From positions 9,214,035 through 9,278,034 of the forward strand of contig NC_081369.1 of assembly GCF_030684315.1 (NCBI RefSeq): a stretch of DNA of 64,000 nt, read 5' to 3'. The notes below the pieces were generated by a model, which made no database searches, was not told the DNA's origin, and saw only the letters and a list, made by a program, of their open reading frames with translations. Source of the DNA: Stegostoma tigrinum (taxonomy: Eukaryota). Each line of letters begins with the position of its first letter. The stretch's first letter is position 1. Both the position numbers and the translations under genes were made by a program. Positions 13,001 to 23,300 of the stretch are shown one piece after another.

Positions 13001-13194
13001 AAGGCCAATTAATAACATTTCCAAATAATATCTTTACAGCTCTCCATGTTGCTATCGGCAGTAAGATGACATACAGTCCTCTAATGTTCTCTGTTTCTGC
13101 GAAGAAGGCACAGAGATTGCTTGAGCTGCAGACTGAAAAACAAAACAAAGTAACTGAAGATATCCATGCACAAGCAAGAAATAACAAGCCTTAA
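7013..13194 (+). CDS. Gene 1 (whole span, 7 exons): non-rearranging VJ-C1-TM-cytoplasmic IgSF receptor (NKp30/NCR3-, SIRP-, NITR-like 'VJC1' type), ~384 aa
   Basis: Exons 7013-7067, 7231-7551, 8582-8902, 10617-10729, 11985-12028, 12540-12633 and 12988-13194 sum to 1155 nt = 385 codons. They join in frame (phases 1,1,1,0,2,0) with no internal stop. The first four exons are strong; the cytoplasmic exons are less certain. Confidence 0.85.
7231..7551 (+). CDS. Gene 1 exon 2, Ig V-set domain with germline-joined J-like G strand
   Basis: Acceptor TTTCTGACAG| and donor G|GTAAGT, phase 1/1. Motifs VTQ, ITFYC, VIWWK, FLSLLRV, DSGVYHC and J-like SGTGSQLFV (ORF 7218..7559). Confidence 0.95.
8582..8902 (+). 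CDS. Gene 1 exon 3, Ig C1-set domain
   Basis: Acceptor CTTGCAG| (an alternative in-frame AG lies 9 nt downstream). C1 motifs LTLLCETAAFHPEDFTLAWYKNG, NSEGLYEVSSSL, YTCEISHISL. Phase-1 donor AAG|GCGAGT (GC type). Confidence 0.93.
9110..10205 (+). mobile_element. Penelope-like element (RT fragment + GIY-YIG endonuclease) in gene 1 intron 3
   Basis: FFLCYIDDCIA...EELEQFIHFT (RT YIDD) and CCLIYIGETTRRLGGHFAEH...PVAN (GIY-YIG); internally deleted and frameshifted. Confidence 0.85.
10617..10729 (+). CDS. Gene 1 exon 4, transmembrane exon DSINNSLVIWSSVRYVIFSALVVILFVFGTAKYLRISE
   Basis: Polypyrimidine acceptor CTTTATCCTGCAG|. Phase-1 entry gives a ~25-aa hydrophobic stretch with Arg (CGT 10655-10657), followed by basic KYLR. 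Donor GAA|GTAAGG. Confidence 0.85.
10905..11640 (-). mobile_element. CR1-type LINE 3' fragment interrupted by a Penelope-tail insertion (~11210-11420)
   Basis: ORF 10898..11179 (SRTGGHTLKL...DVRKLF). The insert is flanked by TTACTGACA direct repeats at 11201 and 11421. Confidence 0.65.
11985..12028 (+). CDS. Gene 1 exon 5, short cytoplasmic exon (VKKNAQGNQTAMSM-W)
   Basis: Acceptor GGTTTGCAG|, strong donor TG|GTAAGT, 44 nt, open in the phase required by exon 4. Confidence 0.6.
12540..12633 (+). CDS. Gene 1 exon 6, cytoplasmic exon (KPWRRFPAIDLGKNRRTPRHTFEIEKNMPIE)
   Basis: Acceptor TTCTTGTCCTCACAG|, donor GAG|GTAGGG. Only the phase-2 entry, which exon 5 supplies, is stop-free. Confidence 0.55.
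12681..12882. mobile_element. Penelope-tail hairpin insertion with internal tandem duplication and 15-bp TSD
   Basis: Two tandem ~60-bp units followed by an inverted copy. TAAAATTGTGATTCA at 12666-12680 and 12883-12897. Confidence 0.8.
12988..13194 (+). CDS. Gene 1 terminal exon with ITIM-like MTYSPL motif
   Basis: Acceptor TGCTTTGCAG| in phase 0 enters ORF 12916..13194 (...KMTYSPLMFS...TEDIHAQARNNKP*). Alternative acceptor at 13040. Two AATAAA signals follow. Confidence 0.6.
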   Translation, partial: KVYKKGQLITFPNNIFTALHVAIGSKMTYSPLMFSVSAKKAQRLLELQTEKQNKVTEDIHAQARNNKP

Positions 13195-13286
13195 ACATTT
13201 CAAGGCAAAAGATTATTCTTGGACTTGGACTGATCACAATCGTTTGCACTTAGAGCTTCAGGCCTGCACAGTCTCACCTCTGTGCG

Positions 13287-13308
13287 AATAAAGCATTACC
13301 GCAATAAA
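13287..13308 (+). terminator. Tandem polyadenylation signals of gene 1
   Basis: AATAAA at 13287-13292 and 13303-13308, about 100 nt after the TAA stop. Confidence 0.6.
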
Positions 13309-13431
13309 GCAGATAGACATAGCGAGTACCTATCCTTTTAATGGCCAATTAATCCCTATTATTGGTTTTTAAGAACACCAACAACCTGCTTTGAAAGTAT
13401 GTTTGAAAGACACTTTGCTTGAAGCAGAGTA

Positions 13432-13890
13432 AATGAGAATTGCAGGAGAATCCAAGATAACAAAGCATGAAGCTGGATGAACACAGCAGGCCCAGCAGCA
13501 TCTCAGGAGCACAAAAGCTGGCATTTTGGGCCTAGACCCTTCATCAGAGAGGGGGATGGGGAGAGAGTTAGGGTTAGAGTTAAACCCTAACCCTATCGCC
13601 TGTCCCCATCCCCCTCTCTGAAGAAGGGTCTAGGCCTGAAACGTCAGCTTTTGTGTTCCTAAGATGCTGCTGGGCCTGCTGTGTTCATCCAGCTTCACAC
13701 TTTGTTATCTTGGATTCTCCAGCATCTGCAGTTCTCATTATCTCTGATCACAATTTTAACCGCACTGTGAAGCCTCTTCCAGGGATGCCTAACCTGAAGA
13801 AGTTACCTTCCTCTCACTGGACCAACCTTAGGGAATCTCTCTCCAACTGCAACTCTCTTGTCCACCTATCTTCTCCTCTATCCATCTTCA
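13432..13890. mobile_element. Penelope-tail hairpin (long inverted arms) plus adjoining element sequence
   Basis: ~13432-13560 is the reverse complement of ~13600-13745; the apex contains telomere-like TTAGGG...CCCTAA. Confidence 0.75.
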
Positions 13891-16800
13891 GAAGTTGCTT
13901 GAAGCAATTGGCTGCCTCTCAGAGCTTCTTGCTTGCTCTTATTGCATTTGTCTAATCAGAATCTAGCTGCTTGCTGTCTGCATCCATGCCTTGCCTTGAT
14001 TTGTACTGTGCTTGCAGAGCCACACAGCTACCTTGCAAGTGAATGCTTCATAGTCAATGAGGTACGCAACCTGTAATACGCAATGTGTGACATGAGTGTC
14101 GCAGCTGCGACTTGTCTCAGCAGTTTATGCACCAAACACACATCATGTGTAGCCAACAGGCAGCCATGTCTCAAAGTCAAAGGGAAAGAGACGGGTGCGA
14201 CATCCTTGGAGGTACCTATCAATTACAGTGACCCAGGAGAGTAATGAACAGCTGTCTCCCATCCCAGTCCAACCATCTGCGGAAGGTCAGGCGTTTGGCC
14301 AGGGTGGTGTTGGTCAGGGTCTGCAATCCGGGGACTGGGTTATGGTCAGTCCAGTGCCTCCATAGCACTTAGGACAGTGGTAAGTGCAAAGGACAGAAGG
14401 GAAGGCAGTGATATGAGAGGAGGACTTAATCCCCAGTCAGGATCACACTGGCATTTAGGGGTGAGAGGTGGGGAGTGAGAGACGGGTCTATGACCACTCC
14501 TGGCAAGGTCACCTCATATGGCAATGGTGTGGTGATGATCGTAATTGGCACAAGCAGACTCGAGAAGATGGGCTGCTTGTGGACCTCTGCAGGTGTAAAG
14601 CCTATGGGGTTCATGAGATGGGCAAGCAGTGAGAGAATGCAGACGTTCAGAGGCTCACAAACGTTCAAATGGAATCTAGAAGCCATTGGCCTAGATTGAT
14701 CATTGACAGCTTCCATCCTAGTGGAATTTTAATGTGTGCAATGTGAAGCCAAATGGCAGAAAATTATACTTGGATGAAGTTCGTAAGTTTATTGAACTGT
14801 GAAGGAAGGGGCTGCAGGACTCACCAGTTTGAGACTTTTTAATTGGAAACTATATTACTTGCAGACCAATGAATGTTACAAGGCAGAGATTTGCAAACTC
14901 CTTGATCCTGGGCAATAGGCATGCACTGATCATACGTGTGAACTGTATGTCACTGTCTTGGATATGAATGATTAGCTTATTTATGCCAGCACCTTTGCAC
15001 TCAGGTGCGAGGGTGTTAATATCATAACATTTCACCTCGGGAGACGACGGTATCAGCAGAACCCTGTGCTTAATTCTCAACTCTTCATTTTGTCTCAATA
15101 GTTTCCCTTTGTCTTTCTGCCCCTCCGACAGCTTGTCTGTGCTGTCCTTGGTAACATAATTGGGTGGAGCGTACCTGCTTGGCAATGGATTCCATTGACA
15201 ATGACGATTTGGGTCAGGCAATCCTGAGAGCATTTATATCTGATATGAATACCATTTCCATTGTATTGTTTGTACCTTGAGTAACTCAGTAGCACTGTAA
15301 CAATCATATAAATTGGAAAAATTGTTCATGGCATTTCAGTTACACATCTAAAAGGCACATATCGTTGAAACGTCAACATTGATGTTAGTCATTTTTGAAT
15401 CTTACGTCCCTGCTCATAGTTTTAATGAATAGTGAACTTCAATTTCGTGAAGCATTTGCATGTCCCAAAAGGCTTGAAACCATCTGATGGTATTTAACAC
15501 ATCCACTCACTTGCCACTTCGTGATGTGTTGCAACAATTTCGTCATAGCAAATTTTTATTCGCAACAATTAGATCATTCTGTCTCTGATATTCTTCACTG
15601 AATTACCATATCTATGTAGGTTTGTAAGTTTCTTCTGTAGGTCTTTATGTGACCGAGTACGCTGCCTCATTCATGATTGGCAGAGTCTATGTGAACTCTC
15701 GAATAACGATAACATAATTAGCAAAAACATCTGGAAAATAAATAATTGTCAAAGCTCAGTGGCAATAAAAATACAGTTGGTTGAATGCTGTCATAAGATA
15801 ATTGATGTTTCCTTACATATATTCATAACATTTTCCAACGTCTTATTTGATTCTCTGAGATCCATTCAAGCTCATTCTCATACAACTAAGACCACTAATT
15901 TTGGCCTTTATCGTACTGAATATCTTCTCCAGCATCAAGTTTCCTCTGTTGCTGAACCATCATCTGTGATTTAATTCACCTGTGCTCAACGATTCCAGTA
16001 CACACATAGCTGAACTCCCATATTTTATCTTCTGTAAACTGCAGCTAAACCTTTGTTTTTAATGTTTTAACAAATATGGGAGGTATGCTGCTAGATATTT
16101 TGGCTCCCAGTCAAGTGTAATATTAATTTTACAATTCCTATCATCGTTAAAAACTGCCATTTAATTGCCTCTCCCCATCTCTCTAATTGCTCTACCACTG
16201 GCAGCTATCCAAAAATAGTCTCAGCATCTAAGTTATGGAAACATCCTTACATCTCTCCACTCTTATCATTGCGTTAATGCGTAAATGCTTTTTTAAAGGT
16301 ATCCATTTCAACGAGTGTTTGGCAGTGTAACCTTACACACCCTGATTTGTTCAATCAATGCTTCGTTTTGTGTTCATTTGATCTGTTTTGGGAGGCTTAA
16401 ACATAGGTTTGTCTTCAGATATGCTTTCTTTCCACAGCTCTGAAAGGTCAACCGTGTGAAACCTGAATGGCTCACAAAATAAACAACCTCTTCAAAGAGA
16501 GGCACGTGTGCTTACCGCTAAACTACTGCTGACCATGTATTCTCCTTATGGGTAACAGAAGCCCATTCTTAAGGTAATTTGGTCAACCAATTGAATTTGC
16601 GACAGCACAAGTTCGCTGTAAAGTGTGGACATTTAATTTACTGACACCATTATTTTTCGATTATGAAAATTTATTCTTATTTTGTCAATATAACCTCTGG
16701 AGTTAAAGAGTCAACCATTATTAAAGTTATGAACTTTAGTGTATATCCGCACTGTAAACAGTGAAAATACAGCAAAGAAAAAACACTTGTACTCCCAACC

Positions 16801-18011
16801 ATTACTTCTGACTAATCTACCTCAACTGTTCGAATAATCAATTTAGACACTGGTTTATTGCTTCAACAAAAGACTTCCCGATCTATTAACAACATAATAA
16901 CCACAATTGAGCGAAACCGAGCAACAAAATAATCCAATCTGTCTGTTTTACTAATTCAAAACCCTTTGTTTTTCGCACCATTCATACAAAGGGCAAACAG
17001 ACAAACAAGCACAGCTAAGGGACAAATACAATCTATAAGCAAAACTAGCGAGATTACTTCAGCGATTTCCGTGATGTGTTGTTCCCTGAGCATAGGTGAT
17101 GTTTTCTTATTTATTTTCTGAACGCGCTGATCAAGGTCAGCTTTCAGTTTAATCAGATAAAGGCAGTAAAACTTTATACCTGAGTTCAGAGGAAGAGTCA
17201 CTCGCTCCCGAATATTAACTCTGATTTCTCTCCACAGTTGCTGCCACACCTGCCAAGCTTTTCGCCAATTTCTCCTATTGTCTCATAATTTAAACTTAGT
17301 TTTCTATCCTGCAAACGTTCACGAACTGCTCATTTGAGGTGAGGCAGCGAAGTTTTTTTAAAAATTGTCTTCATTCTGAAACATCAACGGTAAGATTCCT
17401 TTTCGCAGAAATATGAACAGAAGCCCAGAATCCAATTGAAACTCTGTCCATTCCTTGACTGGCTGACAGGCTTTTGCACGAGGCCCCAGACTCCATTCAA
17501 TATCTAACATGTTTTGAAAACAGGGTCTTTACCAGGCCTATTGGAACCAGTAGTGATCGAGTTGATAGTCACCTTCGGCGGACTGTTTAAGCATAATGCT
17601 CCTCCCCGCTCATAAAAAAACTGCAACTCTAAAGTAAAAACAACACAAATGGTCAGCTGATCCCAAGTCTTTCTAATCTGTCGAGTGAAAGACTGTTTAT
17701 CAGTTAATGAATTAGGTAAAGTAATGCAAGCTATCTTTAATTTTGGCGATTTATTGAGAAGTCTCACAGACAATCATATACTGAAGGAATTATTGTAACT
17801 TTGTTGCATACAGCAACCGAAATAACACTCCTCAAATAAGCCATTTATACCTCACAGTGTAGTTCTCCAGACATTTGCTACTGAAGAATTCTAGAGTTAA
17901 AATTTTACAGCGTTCTATTTTTCAAAGTGAATGATTGATCTCAGGTATGATTCCAATCAATGGCGTCTGGCCCTTGGTGGGTCCAGTTTCGATTCTGATA
18001 TACAGTAGTTA

Positions 18012-19050
18012 CTCAATAGACAATAGGTGCTGGAGTAGGTCATTCGACCCTTCGAGCCAGCACCACCATTCATTATGATCATGGCTGATCATCCACTATC
18101 AGTATCCTGTTCCTGCCTTATCCCCATAACCATTGATTCCACTATCTTTAAGAGCTCTATCCATCACTTTCTTGAAAGTATCCAGAGACTTGGCCTCCAC
18201 TGCCTTCTGGGGCAGAGCACTCCACATATCCACCACTCTCTGGGTGAAGAAGTTTTTCCTCAACTCTTGTTCTAAATAGCTTACCCCTTATTCTTAAACT
18301 GTGTCCTCTGGTTCTGGACTCACCCATCAGCGGAAATATACTTCCTGCCTCCAGAGTGTCCAATCCCTTAATAATCTTATATGTCTCACGCAGATCCCCT
18401 CCCATCCTTCTAAACTCAAGGGTATACAAGCCCAGTCGCTCCGATCTTTCAACCTATGACCGCCCTCCCATTCCGGGAATTGACCTCGTGAACCTATGCT
18501 GCACTCCCTCAATAGCAAGAATGTCCTTCCTCAAATTTGGAGACCAAAACTGCACACGATACTCCAGATGCGGTCTCACCAGGGCCCTGTACAGCTGCAG
18601 AAGGACCTCTTTGTTCCTATACTCAATTCCCCTTGTTATGAAGGCCAGCATGCTCTTAGCTTTCTTCACTGCCTGCTGTACCTGCATGTTTGCTTTCATT
18701 GAATGATGTACAAGAAAACCCAGATCTCGTTGTACTTCCCCTTTATCTAATTTGATCCCATTTAGATAGTAATCTGCCTTCCTGTTGTTGCCACCAAAGC
18801 GGATAACCACACATTTATCCACATTAAACTGCATCTGCCATGCATCCGTCCACTCACCTAGCCTGTCCAAGTCACCCTGTATTCTCATAACATCCTCTTT
18901 ACATTTCACACTGCCACCCAGCTTTGTGTTATCAGAAAATTTGCTAATGTTACTTTTAATGCCTTCGTCTCTATCATTAATGTATATTGTAAACAGCTGC
19001 GGTTCCAGCGCCGAACCTTGTGGTACCCCACTGGTCACCGCCTGCCATTG
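18012..19050 (-). mobile_element. CR1-type LINE, 5'-truncated, relatively young
   Basis: ORF 18454..19131 (VTSGVPQGS...FTIYIND...SKFSDNTKLGG...LYRALVRPHLEY) and ORF 18157..18429 (ESRTRGHSLRI), with 3' UTR to ~18012. Confidence 0.92.
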
Positions 19051-20324
19051 CGTTCTCCAGAGTTTTGTTACTGAAGAATTCGGGAGTTGAAATCTTAGAG
19101 AATTCTGCTTTTCAAAGTTATGGTGTGACATTATTGATGATCATTTAGACTCTTTCATTGGCAATATTGACGACTGCTGTGGAGCCATCAAGCCTGCAGC
19201 TTGCCTCCTTAGCCGAAGTAGCTTCCCTGTTCCCCGTTACATTTGCCACGGATTGCCTGCTTGAAACACAACTTCCTGCAATCAGCTGCTTAAATTCTTC
19301 CACGAGAAAATAATTTCTCCTGGTGGTGTAATACCACCAGTTGTGAAGCCGGTATTAAAGTGATATTGTTATGTAAATTCGACTTCTCTTTTTCCAATGC
19401 ATAGCTAATTGCTTTCAATTCCCGATTTGTCCTTGTCCCTTAACGATTATATTCCGGGTTATTGTCAGTTCTTTCAACCTATGAACACTAATGAACGTTC
19501 TGAAGTTTACATTATTACAATGACATTTCACTGAAGATGGAAAACTTTGAAACGTTTTCGACTTTAAATACCGAAAGTGTAAAGTGTGGGGAAAAAGCCA
19601 AAACGTTAGGTCTGTGATAATTTTAGAGGCAGTAGAGATTAAACAGTAAAAAGAGAGTTGGCCTTGCAAGGCCAGTCGGTCGCATTAAAGTGGTATAGTT
19701 GGATGTATAAGAACATGAGCAACTGCAGTCTTATCAGGAAAACCTGAGTGGAATATCGGGAAAATGGGTCAGTTGAAAAGATTGTGTAGAAGGGCTGTTA
19801 ATGGGAGACCAATGAATATTTACTTTACAAACCAAAAGAAAGGTGTGGACGACCACAACAGCAACAACAAGCTTGCCATGTGAAAGGAAATGAATTGGGA
19901 GTGCGATTTGGAGATTATCTTTTGCTCCGTGTTTCCCATTTTTATGAGGGAACATTGCCAAGCTGCTGTGCAGCTCTGTAAGGTGGCGGCAACAGACATC
20001 AAGGCGTCATTTACTTTTGCTTTCCACTGAGTGACAGTAATGGCCACTGTGATACCTTTAAATTGGCCCGTGTTTTAATCTCTTACCTCTACCCTCTGTT
20101 GCGTCACTTACTTGCCGCTAAACCTGTCCTCCAATCAGTCAGGGCCAACTTCAGGGGACATTGTGCCTAAAGATGCCTTCCTTCTCAGCATGCCGTTTGG
20201 ACCCAGAAAGTGTTCCGATGCAAATACAAGTGAAAATCCTCAATGTATAATATCTGTTCACCATTTGTCATTTTCTTATTTCCTATGATAACATTTTAAA
20301 CTGTGTGATAGCACTACGTTATTA

Positions 20325-23300
20325 AATAACTTCACAGATGCCGGTACCCCGTCACCAAGTCACCCTTATTCAAAAGTGCATAATACTTGACACAGACCCG
20401 GCTCCCTGACAGCCAGCTCTCAGAGTCCACATAATATCCGACACTCCATTCTGCTCTGCTAGCTCAGAGCCAGTCGATAGAGTTAAGAAAATTTGAGTCC
20501 ATTTTTTGCTCTTTTTATGGTTTCCTACATTACCACAGAACCTAAAGGGGGCTAGCAGTACTACTTATATTTCCGCACCGCCCCCGAAATCATACGTATC
20601 TCTGCGTGTATGGACAGTGGCGCAGGGAAAAGTGAAAACATGGCGCAGCAACTTTGTTACGCTGCCCATCACAAGGAAAACCCCCATTGGCTTGTGAAAC
20701 GGTAACAAGGAAGTCCTAATAAGGGAAATGCATGCATCAAAATGTGAAGGGGAGAAGAGCAGAATTATATCCAAATTGTTTTAGAGGGAGAATTAAAGTA
20801 GTGTATCCCCAGCAGTGTTCATCTCTCCATAAAGGCATGGAGAGCATTGGTAGACAATATATTTCCTCTTCAATGACACCTGGGCTCAAATGGAACTGTG
20901 GGCGGGGGACAGAGAGTTCACAGAGATGACCCCACCCACAGCCTACTGCCTGGACATGTTTCCAGCCAGCCTCACCAGGCCAATGCCCCTGCTTATATCT
21001 GTCAGCCCCAGCTCCCTTATTGGAGTAGATTTAGAGCCCCAATCAGGGAAGTCCTATTCAACAAGGTCCACCTGGCTGACCTCATTACAATTGTTACATT
21101 CTCCACCCCACCCCCACCAAATCCAGGGACATAGGCCTGTTCTTTGTCTTGTAGCCTCTCATGGGACATTTTTGCACCAGGTCTGGTTCCTCCAATTTGG
21201 CCTCAGGAATGGGTAGCATGTACCAGGCCATGGCCTACCTCTTAAATCTAGAGTGTCTCAGAACAAGTTCATTCTCTTCCTCAGCTGGTAAAGGTGCGAG
21301 TCTGTGACATTCACTGTGTCCATCTGAGTGTCCAGGTTGCTTTGATGCTAGACAGAAAGGGAGAACTCACAGGCTTTGACAGCCTTTCTGGCTGTACTGA
21401 GGTGCCAGGTATGATTTGATTTTGCCATGTTTATGAGTTTGCAGCTTTCATGTGGTCCATGTGCTTGTTTAGGACTGCTTCACCTCCGTGAACTTTGTAC
21501 GTCATGGTTCCTGGCTTTAGGTTAACCATGACTTTTACCAACACAGGGCTATTCCCATGGTTCGGTACTAAACTTAGTTCCCTGAAGTAAACCTTTTCCC
21601 TCACTTAGAGGACCCTTGTGTCTGGCATTGGCATTCCTGATGTTATTTTACCGTCCCCCATGGTCCAGGAAGACCAGATTTAACCTGGGTGTGGAGTCTT
21701 CTCCCTGTTAGCAACTCTGCAGGAGCTATGCTGGTAATTGCATGAGGGGTTGTCTGAAAATCAAACAGGAACTGGGACAGCTTAGTATCCTGTGAAGATG
21801 TAGGCTGTTCTGTAATCTTAACTTCAAAGTTTGAACTGCTCTTTCTGTCAGATCATGGCTGTCCTTATATGCTTAATGCCATTTGTCTTTATGAAATACG
21901 TGAGTTCCTTGCTGGTACTTGATGGCCCATTGTCAGTGACCAACACTTCTGAAGCCCATGCATTGCAGAAGATGCCTGAAAGCTTTCCATCATCATCCTT
22001 GTATTTGAAAAATGAACTCAAGGCACATTCAACCACTTTGAGTGGGCATCCACAATGACTAAGAAAGTTGAGAACATGAAAGGGCCAGCAGAGTCAATGT
22101 ATAACTGAGCCCACAGGTCATTCTCACGGATGTGGGGGAGCTGCTGGCAGTAATTATTATCCTTGTTGGTACTTTGGTTGCTGCCCCATCAACACAGCCA
22201 TGTCTGGATCCGATCTTGCCCACCAGACATAATATCTTGTCAACAACTTCAGTTGGAATTTGCCTGATGACCCTGGTGGAGTTCCCCCAGTATCTGGCAG
22301 CAACCTTTGCTTGGGACAATCGGTCTTGCTCCTCATAATAAAATGCCATTCTCGACAGTAATAGGGGCTCGCCAGGTCTAGTTTCAATTATGCAATGACC
22401 CTTCTGTTTCCCCTATCACCACCAGCTGTTTTAGTTTTGCAGATCTGTTCACAATCTGATATTGTCAGCGGAGACCAGAAGGGTTCCTGAAAATTTACAA
22501 CCAGAATGGTCTCTTCAAGTAGCAGCAACATCGGTGGTCTATCTACCAGCTGGAGGCAGCTCAAGGCGTTCACATGTGCTACTTGGCCTCTTGGACAGTG
22601 TTCCAACTTGTAATTGTATCCACTTAGCATGAGAACCCACCACTGAATTAGAGGTGATGTAATGGGCTGCTTGGCCTTGTCCTCTTTGAATAGCCCTAGA
22701 AGGGGTTAGTGGTCTGTTAGTATTACAAATTTACTTCCATAAGGATATTAGTGCACCTTTCTCACACAAAAGATGACTGTCAAATCCGTTTTCTTTATGT
22801 ACGAGTATATATGCTCTACGTCAGCCAAAGTCTGGGAACCATGTGGTAGTGAGCATTCCTCTCCATTCGGCAATCTGTGAGTCAACAGCACCCTGATACA
22901 ATATGTGGAGGCATTGCAAATCTGTGCAAGATGTTGCTTGGGATCATAGTGTGCCAACACCTCAGATGATGATAACAGCTTCTTCCCTTTCTTGAAGGTG
23001 ACATCTTGGCTGTGAGACAATTTTCTAGGCTGATCCTTTGTCAATAGTAAACGTAAGGGTCGCAGATTGAAGGTCAGATTACTTTGGAATTTTTCAACAT
23101 AATTCACCAATCGCAGGGCAGCACTAATCTCCATTGTAGATGTTAAAGATGGGCCACTTTGATTGTCCTCACTTTTCTTCCCAGGTTTTGTAAGCTGGTG
23201 TTGTCAACTGCGTACCACAAATAGAACACTTGGGATATCTGAAACACACATTTAGTTCCTTTCTAAATGATACAGTCAGCTTAGAGAAATATCTAAAGAC

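Noticed and set aside
14230-14800. GC-richer segment with short ORFs, possibly a transposon relic
   Set aside because: No diagnostic motif that I can assign.
17854-17895. Perfect heptamer CACAGTG
   Set aside because: No ACAAAAACC-like nonamer at 12 or 23 nt spacing.
19820-20056. Minus-strand ORF starting GITVAITVTQ...ATLQSC as a V exon
   Set aside because: Wrong Q-to-C spacing, no C-strand Trp context and no DxGxYxC.
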